Below are positions 40,480 to 54,193 of a DNA stretch of 64,000 nt, piece after piece. Origin of the DNA: Botryllus schlosseri (Eukaryota); contig CM119371.1 of the NCBI GenBank assembly GCA_051294905.1, forward strand, positions 25,732,001 to 25,796,000, written 5' to 3'. Under the pieces are notes generated by a model. The model worked only from the letters and a program-made list of their open reading frames with translations, searched no databases and was not told the origin of the DNA. The position numbers and the translations under genes are program-made. Position 1 is the first letter of the stretch, and every line of letters begins with the position of its first letter.

Positions 40480-40651
40480 CTATGTCATGCACCACCCCTC
40501 CATGCTATCCCAGTAATGCATGAGCGCCAAGCAGGGAAGCCATGGATACCAGTGTTACTAATCGGGTCTTTGGTCTGACCCCGGCCGGGAATCGAACCCA
40601 CGACCTACCGATCAAGAAGCAGGACGCTTAACCATTACGCTATCTTGTCGG
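40480..40651 (-). mobile_element. tRNA-derived SINE (same family as 16455-16726)
   Basis: A box TAGCGTAATGG, B box GGTTCGATTCC, shared central domain. Confidence 0.85.
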
Positions 40652-41249
40652 TATTAGATTGTCGTATCGATGGTATACATGTTGTAAATAAAAATTACTC
40701 CTAAATTGCGCTGCCTATGCATAGTAAAGCCACCAATTATCAGCCATAACCATGATTGAGCCGTTGAATAGCACTATATTAATATAATGGTATAGTGACC
40801 TGAAATAAATTACGACATACGTTTAATGAAGAGAATTTAATGGCGATGGAACTCCGTAAAAATTCATGTATAGTATATTTAATCAGGAACCACCGTAATA
40901 TCAAGCTATCATTTTGTTTAGATTAAGGAAATCATTAGTGAGAACCAAGATAGGGAGAAGAACAAATATTGCTCTCTTCGACTTTTTTCAAAGGTAACTG
41001 CTTCCGAGCCAAATAAAGATATTGAAAGGAGGTAGGCCAGTCTTGAGATGATTCGGCTGCATAACGGATCATGACTTCTTGTTTAATGCCAACGGACATA
41101 GAGGTTCTACATTATATTCTGCACGGCAGATTCACTATTTACTGCTCGACAATTTTATCGCATAGCATACCTATTTCACCTATCATTTATAAATAAATGA
41201 AAGCAGATATGTCGTTATAAAAAAACATGAAATATGCATAATTTGTTAC

Positions 41250-41285
41250 CTTCGTCTTTCTCTCCACATAAGCATTCGTCTATTC
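41250..41285 (-). CDS. Candidate micro-exon of the LDLa-repeat gene (GIDECLCGEKDE)
   Basis: cttcacag acceptor and AG|gtaac donor; DECLC motif shared with exon 37546-37704. Confidence 0.6.
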
Positions 41286-43199
41286 CTGTGAAGATGAAAC
41301 ATGACTTGATAATCTGTCCAGCACTTTTCAACCTGTGGGATGGTACGCACTTGTGCGGATAAAGAAATGCAGTGCGGATAACAAACGTAGTGCCGATGAG
41401 CGCGGATAAACATCGTTTAAATATTATACTTTTGCTGACCTGGAGTTATTTAAATAAACCTAATAGGAAATGAAAGTTAGGTTTATTCCAAAATGTTGTT
41501 GCTGCGACGCATTTGTATAGGCTTGTCTCATTTACGAAATACCACTTATCGTATCTTTTACAGTAACTTTGTCTAGCACCAGCCATCGTGAATTAATATT
41601 TACGAATTAATAATATCACACAACCAATAACGAGACTCGGAAACGGGTGTAGCGACATGCGGGAACATGAAGTAAAATTGACTTTCTCGTGTCATTCTTT
41701 CAACAATCATCATATTAATTTCGTAATAACGATTCGAATGACACGACGTATGAACATAGCCCTAATTACCATCATTACACACTGACATTTGTACCAATTA
41801 CTGCAATGCAAATTTTATTTTTTCCTAAACGACTCGAAGTATGTGTCTCGACCAATGTTTTGATTTGGGTATGAGTTGAGGTCACAGTAATTTCGAAACA
41901 TCCTGGAAGTTCAATTCTAAGTCTGTCGTAGCGGTGACCTCTATAATAATTCATGCTTCGATTAACTGGTTAAATAAAAACATAACTCAATACTAAATAT
42001 CATCAGTATCTCTGAGCACCTGAGCAGGCAGTGTTGGTTGGCTTAATACTGTAAATTGTGGTCTCGTCGTTTTCATATTATCATCCTATTTTCAAATAAA
42101 CAACAAGATTGCAATGGAATAAAATAGATAGGAAGGTATCAATCGACTTGGAGTAGTCTTTCATAAGTTTCAGATGATTGATACACAAGATGAAAATAAA
42201 GGGAGGACCATGATATAAACATTTGCTAACAATGAAGTCTTAACTCAAGTTGCTGAAAGCTGGTGATGTAACTCATACCCATTGGTTCTCAACCTTTTTA
42301 GTTTGCGGGGCCGGTAAAATTTAAAAACAAACGTTACGCGCCGGTGAGCCTGCAAAATCATAATCAAATTACTTAGGACATATGTTTGCAACTTCAAAGG
42401 AGACATCAGAAATCGCAACCTAATTAGAAATCTGCTCCCTCAGATTGAGTAGTGAATATTACGCCCAATATTAATACGGGTAACTTTAGCGATTAGTAGG
42501 TCGCGTGGAAAATGGAAACACAATAGAAAATATTTCGTATGTGTTACACGTGCTGTACGTGATTCTATAGAAGTTTCTGTAATACAAAGGTATGTTAGAG
42601 ATCCCTAACATAATATTGATTCTTCGATTGCTTTCGTAGAAACTATGATTTTGCTAGAGCCATAATGTCGAATGTTTAGGAATTGTACTGCATATTCTAC
42701 AAATTTCCTCATTAGACAATCAAATGGTATTGTCACCTGCCGGCAACCGAGACATCAGTTAATAGGTAGGGCCTATGTAGTATTTGTTCAATTTCTTGCG
42801 AAAATAAAATTTATTCGCGCTAGGCGCGATCTCCTGTGGTTAGCTGGGTCGTATCCGAGGTCACTGTGTTGGGTACAATAGCGAATAAACGGAACACGCA
42901 GTCAAGTCGTTATTACAATACGGCTTCAATCATGATGATATGCCGACCTTACGTAATTATGTTTGGATTCAGGATAGTATTCCACTCACAGGGGTTTCGC
43001 AGGAGAGGACGGAATGAGACCGTTGGGATATTTTAGACAGACAGATTCTTTATTCGTAAGATGATTGTTCACACAAATATGTAAAAAAGACAAACACAGC
43101 GATATGACCACATCAAGATGTGTAGTCTTCAAGTCAGCTGTAGTCAAGGCGTATCGATAGAACATTTATATCATGCAACTGTCGGTCAGTAACACTTCA

Positions 43200-43470
43200 A
43201 CAAAAGATTAAACAAACGCAAACTCAAAACAGTGGTAGTAGAAAAAAAACTGTAACACTATAGTTTAGAATAAATACCAGATTTTACTCTCAGGTCTCAA
43301 TATGTAGAAATGAGCTGAGACTTAAAATTCCGACAGAATGATGCAAATGACAAACCTCTGTGCTCTATTGATAAGGAGTTCCAAATCCTTGGACCAACAA
43401 AAGTTAAGGATCTCTGGCACACACTAGCGGCTAAATTCTGTATAAGGATATTTCCAGTGCAGGGGTGTGC
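43200..43470 (-). mobile_element. 3' fragment of a CR1/L2-group LINE
   Basis: Peptide QRSLTFVGPRIWNSLSIEHRGLSFASFCRNFKSQL fits the ORF2 C-terminal GPxxWNxL motif. Confidence 0.7.
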
Positions 43471-44887
43471 GGGATTATGAGACACAGGAATTTCAAATTC
43501 AACTCAAAACAGATCGGCTGGGATGAAACCTTTGCCAGAAATGACCGTCGTTGGTTTCCCAGATCATGTCAATTCAAAATCTCAGCAACTTGTGTGCCAA
43601 ACTTGTTCAGACGTGACTTAAATGTCGTTGTAAGCAAGACATCTCACCAACCGCTTATCAGAAGCTGGCCAACGATACGGTTTCACCAGTGGTTCACTAA
43701 ATCGTTCGATATTGGGTCTCGAGAAGATTTCTGCGTTGATTTATACAGCTTATAGAGGCGTAACCTTCACTACATATCGGTGCTCCGTCACAGATGTATT
43801 TCTTTGGCAATCTGCATCTTCCAACGCCATAGAATTCGGAATATTCACCAAAGCACGCTCGATAACCCATTTCCAAATCTGAGGATGCCGGTATTTCGTC
43901 GCTCCCGTCGCTTCAAATATTTATTTCGATTAAATACCATGTGGTCAAAACGGACACAGGGGATTTTCCTGCGAACAGGTAGCCTATACACCATGCAGGC
44001 TTGTCTTGGCACATTCATAATCACCAGGAATCGACCGAAACCTCCGACAAACATGTCGAATGCAGTGGCGGCTCGCCCTACAGGGCTACTGGGGCATTAT
44101 CCGGCCTAAAATTCTATTCAATAACAATGATGTACAGTTTATAGACGCTCAGCAATCAATATATACCAGAATCACCGTGAAAATCGCATTCTTTTGTGCT
44201 TTCGCTTGTAAATGCCCATATGTAGCGAAGTCTGTACGAAAATCGAATTATCTTCTGTGTTTTCGGTTTGTAAATGCCTAGCCAGGGCTTGCCCGGTAGC
44301 GCTCATAAAAAGCTTTCACAGTCTGTTCTCTCGAAGCCACTTCAATAAAGATACGGTGAATAACTGTCCTATTCGTCAAATTACCGAGCAACCGGGGCCA
44401 CTTGGCGAGTCGCCCTGCCAATGTGATGTAACAATGGTATATATACCTGAGCATTGTAACCGTTCTATGCAGTGAGTCGACCTTTGCTGGTATAAGTCGA
44501 TTTTGACGGTGATTTGCAACATGATAATTCTTAAAACTTGATCTGTTACGTCTTGATGGTGGTATTTAACACTGCTCCAAGTTTCAGGGTTGCTACTTAA
44601 CGTTTAGGGTAGTAATTTCGCATCCAAAGTTGACTGTGTACTGATATGTCATGTATCGCAAACAGATTTTACTAACAGCGGGTATTGGTCTCTAGAGATT
44701 TTGGTTGAATTATCCGCCGAAATGCGTGTTTTTGCCCTCTTTATTGTTGTCCGTGTCTTTAAGGCTTCTTGGGTAGGCTTAGGCTATTTACATTGTTGCA
44801 ATGTTGCATTGTTTAGTTTTCATAGATTTAACCCGGTTCGATCAAGTAAATTCGCCTACGCATATAGCGTCAGTGACAAATAAGCAT

Positions 44888-45393
44888 TAGGGCTGCTCAA
44901 AAATAACTTTTATTTTTTGGATTCCAGAATTCACTTATTAAATTATCAGGTTACCCTAAAAAACGCTGCACACCAAATTCGATTCAATTCTAACAAGTAT
45001 AGGACTCCGCAGATCCAATTAAAATTTTTAATTTATTGGAAATATTTTAAAACAATTTCAAATTTTTCTGCCAACCCCATGAAATTGTTGAGCTGTCTTC
45101 AAAGACGATGCAAACAAATTTGACTCAATTCCGGCCAGTAGAAGCGGAGTTATGTGAGTTTTTCGTTGATAATTTTCGGCTTATTCACCGCTCAACAATG
45201 TGATGGGGTTGGCGGGAAAATTTGATTTTCTTTTCAATTTTCCCTAATAAATTGAAAATTTTAATTGGATCTGCGGAGTCCTATACTAGTTAGAATCGAA
45301 CCAAATTTGGCGTGCAGCATTTTTAGGGTAAACTGACCATTTAATAAGTGAATGGCTGGAATCCGGAAAAAGAGATGTTTTTGAACAGCCCTA
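44888..45393. mobile_element. Palindromic MITE with TAGGG termini
   Basis: Long inverted arms; perfect TSD ATAAGCAT. Confidence 0.9.
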
Positions 45394-46779
45394 ATAAGCA
45401 TTCTTTGTATTAGTTCGTATGTTACATCGACATTAAATGAATAATAGCTATGACCGCGGAATCATATTGTAATTCACAATTATCGTATGCTTAGATAGGC
45501 TACTCGTGCTTTGCCTGAAATTTCACCCTGACTACCATACTGTTACCGATATATCTCAAGTGTGTGGCAAAAATACGGTACATTGTGAAGTTGCCAAGAA
45601 ATTGGTATATAATTTATTTCATGCCACGTCAAAGGCACAATTGTACAATGTACTTGTACAAGGACGACGATACGTAAGCTACATAGCCTACGTACATTAC
45701 CAAAAATAACTCGGGCCTATTCCGGATGGCATCAGAGTATAACCACAGTCATGCAGGTTTACGGTATTTAGAACTGGGAATACTGGAATAACCTAAATTT
45801 CAGTCAAAATTTACGTAAGTAATACGCAATAGCCTACCCCATGGGCGTAACAAGACTTTAAAATAGAAGGGGCACAAGGTTACGTCACGGAACAATCATT
45901 GAATCGGGCGAAAGGAGCCTAAATAGGGGCAAAGTTTCCCAAACAAAAAATCTCAAGGGGCGGCAGCATTTCTCTGCACCTTCCTGATTACTTTCATATC
46001 TATAATGTTATGTTATTCAATATTTGGTAGATTTTTGAATTGCTCAGTAAGCCAGCCTAACAAGCAATTGGCATACAGCTTTCGGATCGTATCGATGGTT
46101 CGATCCGTCAAGATGAATCTAGTACGGCAAGACTTTTTTCAGCTTCTGATGACATCTGTCGAATAATTTGAAATACGTAAGCCTTGTTAACCACGCCTAA
46201 CGTCTATATACAAACTGTGTGTGACCACCATGAAGTCACATTTTCACGTCTGAATACATTATTGTGACGTCATTTAGACAATTAAAATCGCATGCACCCC
46301 TTGCCCCATTACCCGATATTGTCACGAGCCGCCACTGGTCGAATCTATCATAAATTACAGTGATTATGATGAAATATCATGCCTTTCGGTCAGCGCATTC
46401 AATATTACATCACTATGCACAGCATGCAATGTCATTCGACCCCCCAACCCCCACGAAAAGCCAATGAGTGGTATTATTGATGATATTCATGTACAGGTAC
46501 ATAAATATTTGCTAATGCTCCCTATCCTTGCAGCTCCTAGTTTCGATCAATTTACAAATCAGACTACCTCGAAGTTGACAGCATGTCACAATATATAGAA
46601 AAGAACTATTGATGATGAATTTTTAGTATTCAATAAATCATTGTTGATGTATCATACGACTTCTTTACTCCGCACATGCTGGTCATGTTGCTAGAGTGAA
46701 GAAATGGTGGAAGCGGTGACGAAACCAGATGAATTTCTTTCGAATCCATTTCTCGGATGCATGAATATGTCGTAAGTAC

Positions 46780-46873
46780 CTGCAGTCTGTGAATCCGTTG
46801 CAAAATTCACTTGCTGGATTACATTTTGATCCGTCGAGGCATTCTAACTCCGTTTCCAAACAAGTCAAGTTAA
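46780..46873 (-). CDS. Exon encoding the N-terminal part of an LDLa repeat (NLTCLETELECLDGSKCNPASEFCNGFTDC)
   Basis: ttttctag acceptor and AG|gtactt donor; LDLa cysteine spacing. Confidence 0.8.
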
Positions 46874-47012
46874 CTAGAAAATTAATATTGTTTCGTTATT
46901 TGTTCTTAACGAATTATTCATGATTATCCGATGGTCCTGCTTTACAGTCCGAAATAGCTATTCCTTTGCTACATTTTTTCATTTCCAGTGAGCAGAGCAT
47001 GTGTAATAGCCG

Positions 47013-47880
47013 TAGGGCAATTTTTTTTTACATGTCAAAAAAAGTCAAAATTAGGTCAAAATTGTAGTGTTAGGTCAAAATTTGTCAAAATTGTTTACAA
47101 AGTCAAACATTTTTTGACCTCTGCATTTCGTTTGCATCGTAGATTTTGCGCTGTCGGTGAACTTATCATTTGATATTTTACAGCTTGTAGCCTACTTTAT
47201 AGGCCTGCCGTTGTAAACGGACCATCGTCTGCTAATTGTGAATCATAAATGGTCAAATGAAACAAATAGTGACATGGTTTTATGGTCAACGTACCGCAAT
47301 ATCCTAGCTGAAGCAAGACTGCCTGGACATTGCATGGTTCTTATATCAAGAAGCGCAAGCTGAAAAATTGTGATATAGACAACATTGTCAGAATGAAGCA
47401 ACATGGTTTGTCACCAGCAGTGTGCACACAACTTGAGTGTTGTCAGCCAACAAATGCTGCTGTTGAACGTTCTTTCTCCGTTCTTGGCAAGCTACGTAGT
47501 AAGGACAGACACTTTCTACCCGAGAATGTAGGAAAGGATCTTTCGTTGTTGTACTACAACAAATTTTAATCATTTCCACCAGAATACGTAATGTAACTAC
47601 TGGAATTCTTCATAGGGCCAGATTTCGTTAAAATACTAGTTTTTCATGTAAAAATCTGTCAGTTTTTGAGCCAAAAACGTTTTTTCAGGCCAATCTACTT
47701 TGTAAGGACAACCAGAAATGAAGATAAGTAGTACAATTTTAACATTATATGCGAAAACACCTAATTTGCATACGTGAGGTCAAAATTTGGTCAAATTTCA
47801 GTTTTTTTAGGTCAAAAAAGGTCAAAATTTAGATTTTTAGGTCAAAATCTTCCGTTTTTAGGTCAAAAAAAATTGCCCTA
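47013..47880 (+). mobile_element. hAT derivative with a transposase C-terminal remnant
   Basis: TIR TAGGGCAATTTTTTTT, GGTCAAAA subterminal repeats, and QPTNAAVERSFSVLGKL in ORF 47330..47569. TSD imperfect. Confidence 0.85.
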
Positions 47881-48415
47881 GTAATAGGACTTTGTAAGCA
47901 CTTTACCATCAGGAACTTTGTTACGCATTAATAAAAGTAATTGATATTGAATACTATTCATATATATCTAACTTGGTCCGTGTTCAGAAAGAGCAAGCGA
48001 ATCAATAGCACGCACAAATAGTACATGTCACTGTTGAACATGTCAGTTCAAATGGGTTGGTAGGGTTGTAATAGGGTTAGGGTTTGGATTGAGATTAAAA
48101 GTTCATAAACATATTTGAATATTGTTGATATTCTGTCAATTTCGAAGTCATAGTTTTTGTTCATACCTTCCAGCTTACATTAAATCTGAGCTGGGCGAGA
48201 TTGGCCTGCTGGGGTTTATCAGTTTGTGGTTGGGGTCCACGTAACAACGCTCCGGGCCGCATGCACCCGGTCCCGGCTTCAACACATTCAGCTGAGCAAG
48301 ATTGGCCAGAATGCTGTTTTTGCTAAATGCAATATGCTGCGAGCAAAATTGCAGTGTTTTTTGTTTAATTCGGAACCATCCAAGAGCTATAATTATGGGT
48401 GGTCAGTGACTAGGT

Positions 48416-49024
48416 CAGTGGTTCTCAGCCTATCTTAAGCCGTGGAACACTCAGGGTAATCTGCGAGCCGTGGAGGATGACCAAATCTCAGCTGAATCAT
48501 AAAAAACAAAAATATACCAAACTTTTTCACAAGTCTTATTTGATACATGACTATAGATTACTGAGGCGTAAAATGACCTGTGCATCCACGGGGTGTTAAC
48601 TGAACAACACCATTGAAATTAAATTTTCCCACAATACGAAAACATGATGATGACTATTTGTTGCAAATACGCATGACTTCTGATGTTCCTAATCAAATTC
48701 CGGGTCAGACATGCGAAGCTTCGCCTTGGAAAATGCCATGGTATTTTTCGGTAGACACAAAAAAGCGTGATTTTAATTGCCTAATTACAAATGAGTGTAA
48801 AAATATTGGAGATAGAATTGTTGTTCCAGCAGGTCGGGGTCCACGCAACGTAGCACTGTCACAATTCGACTGCCGATCGGCCCTAATTACCCGTGATGGC
48901 CAAGACGAGCGTATCATCACAAATCATATATTGTAGTTGAGTTTGTCTATTAACTTCCAGGGAACGCCTGACATTGTCTGAAGAAACCCCTAGTGTTCCA
49001 TGGAACACCGGTTTATAACCACTG
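48416..49024. mobile_element. Older hAT derivative
   Basis: CAGTGGTTCTC...AACCACTG ends; degenerate TSD with a CTAG core. Confidence 0.6.
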
Positions 49025-49055
49025 ACCTAGTTACTATGGGAGGGACACTCTAGTA

Positions 49056-52000
49056 CAGTGGTTCTCAACCTTTTTTTGACACGCGCCCCCCTTGGAGATG
49101 GTCAAAAGATTCGCGCCCCCCCTGAACCCCCTTTCATTTATCGTCATGTCAAAAAGAGCACATCATCTGATACAGAGGTGGGCAACGTTTTTGATAATCA
49201 TGGCCGCATTTCGATTGCTTATGTAGCGAAAGGCTGCATTCCAGGGCATAGCCGCAATGAACCATCTGGACGCAAAATTCCTATGGTAAACTGTCCATAT
49301 CCATTCCGGTGAACTCCAGACTATTCTACTTTTCACAATGGCCTATTGTGCGCACCGAAAAAGCGAGTGGCAATGTTATGAATAGTTGCGCGAAGCGCGA
49401 AAAATTTTCAGGGCCGCGAACGAATTGTAATTTCTTGACAATTCCCATTCCGGCTCAGATTAAGAAGGGCGCTACTGCATTAAAATCGAAAAATGAATTC
49501 TTGTTGAATTGTGCGGAGGGCGAAGAAAATTTCAAGATTAATTAAAATCTCTCGAAAATGCGGGAGTGAATTAGTAATTGCAATTTCCATGTCTACGGCC
49601 GCCAACACATACTAATTGAATTAGGCGTCGACGGCCGCTCAAATTCCCTTCTACGGCCGCAGGCTGCCCACCCCTGATCTAATAGTATACATAAGGTATA
49701 TCTTACGCCAATTTTGAATCTGCATTCCAGTTGTTGAGTCTTTTACATTGCTGAAAAATTTCTCAAAACTTGTTTGAAAATAACAAAAAAACATAGAACA
49801 AGACATCCATTAATTAATTTCAAGGTACACTGTAAAAAATCTGGTAGATTTACTGGGAAATCTCCGTAAATTTTGCAACGAATTACCGGTAGCTGTCAAT
49901 AACTGTGCGTAGCTTGTCATTTTACATTTTGATATGTAATATTACCTCAATTTAGCTCTAAAGTCAAGTTACCAGAATTTCTTCGCAGAATTACTGACAG
50001 TTACTCGTTTCTGAAGTTTACCAGGCTATTGGCAAAATTGATTAGCTTGAGAATCTCTGCAGCCAATGTATACGTGGAACTGAATGTTACTGATATCATT
50101 CTCGTGGTGATTTGACCTGATTCAACCTCGTTCGCGAGACTGGGGTCTGTCATACGGAAATTGTTGGCCCTAGTACCAATTTCAGTATAGTACATAGTAG
50201 GGTAAAAGAAACAACTGACAATCGTAGATATAGCCACTATATTATATTATAAGGCTGTGGCTATCGGCCGGTCTCGCTGGTTACATTCGTTGTCACGGAT
50301 ATGACTGATGAGTTGGAATATCAGTTTAGGATGTATAATATTGTTCGGGAAACTAGAAATATCAGCGCCGCATGCTAAGTTGACCAGTTGTTAATGGCGA
50401 ACAAGGCGACCTGTAATAGCTTACTTAAGGTTACCGTTACTGATTTTTCTGAGATTCGTAGTAAACAACCAACGCACCACTGTGACATCACAAGCAGCGT
50501 CTGGTTACGTAAGTACGGTAAGTAGTGACATCACATGGAATAAATATCAATTTATACTCAATTAGATGGGAAAGAAAGGGACTACATGTAATGATAAATG
50601 TTTCTGTAAAAAAAAACGACCTAAATCAAAGATTATAACGCAGTGGCCAGTAAATATTATTAGTGGCATGTCAGCGGATGAATACCACTTATTTTGAAAT
50701 CGTTGGAGTGGCGTATCGTCGTCTGGCCATTATAGAGATTTGATCAAAGGGTGGAGCGAAGCTTGTGCTTGAAGAAAGTGGACACGATCGTTGAAGATTC
50801 CTAGGAATGCTGATTGGGATACGCATCGTAAAAGGTACAGTACTATATAGTATTCGTTACCTTGAATATCTACGACTGTGCACACCACCGGGATGACTTT
50901 GATTTCATGATTGAAATATTTCATTCGCCGCATTCTCTGTTCTATTTTGGGATGTTAGTCGACCTATATACTGACCTGTGACACCACATACTCTGCCGCG
51001 GAGTAGTTGAAACTGTTGGTATGTTTATGTCATTTTGGGCCATAGCATAGACATGTTTCCATCCACTGCTAGATTTGTTTGGTACACATGCCACCTCAAA
51101 TGCGGAACCTTTTGCTTCAATACATAAGATCAGTGGTTCTCAACCTGGGGAACGCGAGAAATTGACAAAGTCTGTATGAATTCTGACTAAACATGTGTTC
51201 ACAACCATTTTCAGAAGACGATTGTTGAAGATGAAACTTATTTCGTATTCAAGAAAGCTCGCCAAATTCAAACTCCAGCAGTCGCGCTCAACTTCATTTA
51301 AGCAAATTTGTGATGTTCTTTGAAGATTTAGAGGAATTCCCACGTGTAAGTCATTCATTACTTCATAGCTTTGGCAGTAGCCTAAAGCTCGTTGCGCTGG
51401 AAAGCTGTTGTTAATAGCTGGCGAACTGCACTGCGTAAAACAGACTTCGATGCAATATAGGTTGCTCGGTTTCGCCCTCAATTAAGCTACCCTATATCAA
51501 CACAATTTAATTCAATTCAATTCCAAAACTGATCAAATTGGGCATGGCAGTACAGAACGATGCCTTGTTCTCTGTAGACACTACCAGCATTATGGTTAGT
51601 CTCAGTGCAACCTACCTTGAAACAAATTGATGTCCTGGCCAATGTTTTTTTTGCTATTTTCAAACAAGTTTGGGGAAATTTGTCAAAAATGTTGAAGACT
51701 GGAATACGGATTCAATGGCGTAAGACATAAGATCAGGGATGGGCAACCTGCTGCCGGAGATGGGAATTTGTGCGGCCGCCAACACCTAATTCAATTAGTA
51801 TGTGTTAGCATCCGTCGACATGCAAATTGAAATTACTAATTCACTCCCAATTTTTTTAAAGATTTTAATTATTTTTGAAATTTTCTTCGCGCTCCACGCA
51901 ATTCAACATAACCTAATTTTTCGATTTTAATATAGTAGCGCCCTTCTAAATCTGACCAGGAATCAGAATCGTGTGCTCCTCACGGAAGAATTTTTTTATG

Positions 52001-53378
52001 GTACATTTGGGCGATTTCAATATATTTCCACTACCGATACGCTGGACAATCCTGATCGGGGGTCAAGAAATAACAGCATGCAATAAAGTGCATGGTGAAG
52101 TAGGTCATGAATCTCTGCTATATCATGTAAAAGGCGGAGCCGTCACCACACAATGTATCAGTACCGGTACTTCAAAAATTGTTATATTTTTGTTACCCTC
52201 TTTGTCTTAGTAGTCTTTATAATGTCATGTCTAGGTTAGGAACTTTGCTTATTATAGCGACTTACGCATGAATTCTTTTTAGTGGAGCTGCAAGATACTA
52301 GCTACACAGAAGGAATGAGGACGAGAAAGAGAAACAATTGGAAGTTTCGCCGATGGTGGGAGACCACTCGTGTTACTGCATGTCTCCTAAAGAAGAATTA
52401 GACCTCCAGCAGCAATACTTTTCCATCGATAATCTTCTCATCGTGAATCATGAATGAATATACAGTTTGTTCCAATCTCGTTTTGGGGCTGTGAAGAAGC
52501 TTTTGCGATATTTTAGCATCAGGTTGTCTTGCGATAGGTATGGGATGTACGTGAATTTACAAGCTGGTATGTAATCCTGATTTACACAGACAGCATGTAG
52601 GTAGGCGGTAAAATTACAGTCTGAGTGGCAAATATACAGGATAAAATGTAGATTGGATATACCTGAGGTGACTGTAACATTACAGTCTGGCGTGTAAAGT
52701 GAGATTACCGGACGAATGTAAGTTCAATTTACATTGACTAACGGTAATGTTAAATTACCACGAAATGTCTGGCTACCGTGCTTCCAAACATTTCGCGGTA
52801 AATCGAGGTTTTTATTTTTTACAGTGTATAGGTCACCCTGAGACTAATCCTGATGTTGGTAGTGAGTACAGAGAGCAAGGCGTCGTTCTGTCCTGCCAGG
52901 CTAAATTTGATCAGTTTTGGAAATTAATTAAATTGTGTTGATTTATAGCCTAATTGAGGCCGACACCGGGACACCTATGTTGGATCTAAGTCTGTCTTAG
53001 GCAGTGCAGTTCGCAAGCTACTAACAACAGCTGCCCAGCGCGACAAGCTTTAGGCTACTGTCAAAGCTATGAAGCAATGAATGACTTACACGTGGGAATT
53101 GCTCTCTGTATCTCCGAAGAATTTCAAAAAATTGCTCAAATGAAGTTGAAATCAGACTATACTCCGTTGAGCGCGGTTGCTAGAGTTGCAAGCTTTCTTG
53201 AATATGGAATAAATTTCATCTTCATTAATCGTCTTCTCATAATGGATGTGAAACACATGTTCAGACACGTACAATATATACCGACTTTGTCAATTTCTCG
53301 CGCCCCCCCTATATTGACTTCGTCAATTTCTCGCGCCCCCCTGACAGCTTCCAGCGCCCCCCAGGTTGAGAACCCCTG
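49056..53378. mobile_element. Composite hAT element (family A) carrying a family C MITE (49173-49676) and a CACTG element
   Basis: CAGTGGTTCTCAACC / GGTTGAGAACCCCTG termini; perfect TSD CTCTAGTA. Confidence 0.88.
49828..52826. mobile_element. CACTG-terminal (EnSpm/CMC-like) non-autonomous element, family B copy 1
   Basis: TA|CACTGTAAAAAA...TTTTTTACAGTG|TA; empty-site paralogue near 51610; second copy at 57548. Confidence 0.8.
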
Positions 53379-54062
53379 CTCTAGTAGGTTTTGCCTAGTA
53401 CAACTTGTGGGACTATGCTACCACTTCTACAGCGTTCAAACAAAACTTCTTGATATTTTCCTATAGTTAGTAAAATGTAGTTTAGGATAAATGTGCATCA
53501 GTGTATGAGTGGAATTGTTGTAACAAATAGCAAGTTTAATCGTGGCAACTGAATTGAACCACGAAAATTGCAGCTAATGGTAGTGTCATCAGACGTTGAC
53601 CACGAATATTTACTCTTCAACTTCGAATGTGGCCACCTCCCAGTAATCGAAATGTGTGACTTCCGTCGACCGAATCTAATTCCTAAAAGATTTACTTAAG
53701 TACTGATGGAATAACCATTTTCTGTCACAACTTGAAGAAGTTTTTGGATGTCTGCGGAATCGCTAGCTCTACTGATAATTGGGTAGAAAGTCACTGTGTC
53801 ATTTGTGTGTTTTCTTTTGAGTTTCAACTCTGAATAGCTTGTCCACTTCTGGATAGAACCCGTGTGTTTTAGACGCTGATGGTATATCAGTGCAGAGGAT
53901 ACTTGAATGAATCCGTCTTTCAAATCAGACTCTTAATATATTCCGCATATTATTGGTTATTGTCTTGAAACAAATACCGGTGCTTATAAGTCACAGTTTG
54001 TTAGAATTTAGAATTTTATATATCATGTACTAACAATGTATAAATGCACCGTCCATGCTTAC

Positions 54063-54193
54063 CGTTTCTACATAAAAATTCCCGCACTGGTTCCAGCTCT
54101 AGCGGAAGATTACAAAGCCTGGATATATACGTTGCTCTTCTGCATAATATACCATCATCCTCATACGAAGCATATATCTCGTCAGATCCGTCT
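54063..54193 (-). CDS. Exon of LDLa-repeat protein (DGSDEIYASYEDDGILCRRATYISRLCNLPLELEPVREFLCRN)
   Basis: tttttcag acceptor and G|gtaagc donor; begins with the LDLa acidic motif DGSDE. Confidence 0.75.

Noticed and set aside
46147..46172. Further hammerhead motif CTGATGA...GAAT
   Set aside because: The GAAA core is broken and there are no convincing stems.
48054..48095. Telomere-like TTAGGG
   Set aside because: Only one or two perfect units within a short degenerate tract.
53696..53923. Additional LDLa exon
   Set aside because: No frame gives an open Cys-spaced motif between plausible splice sites.
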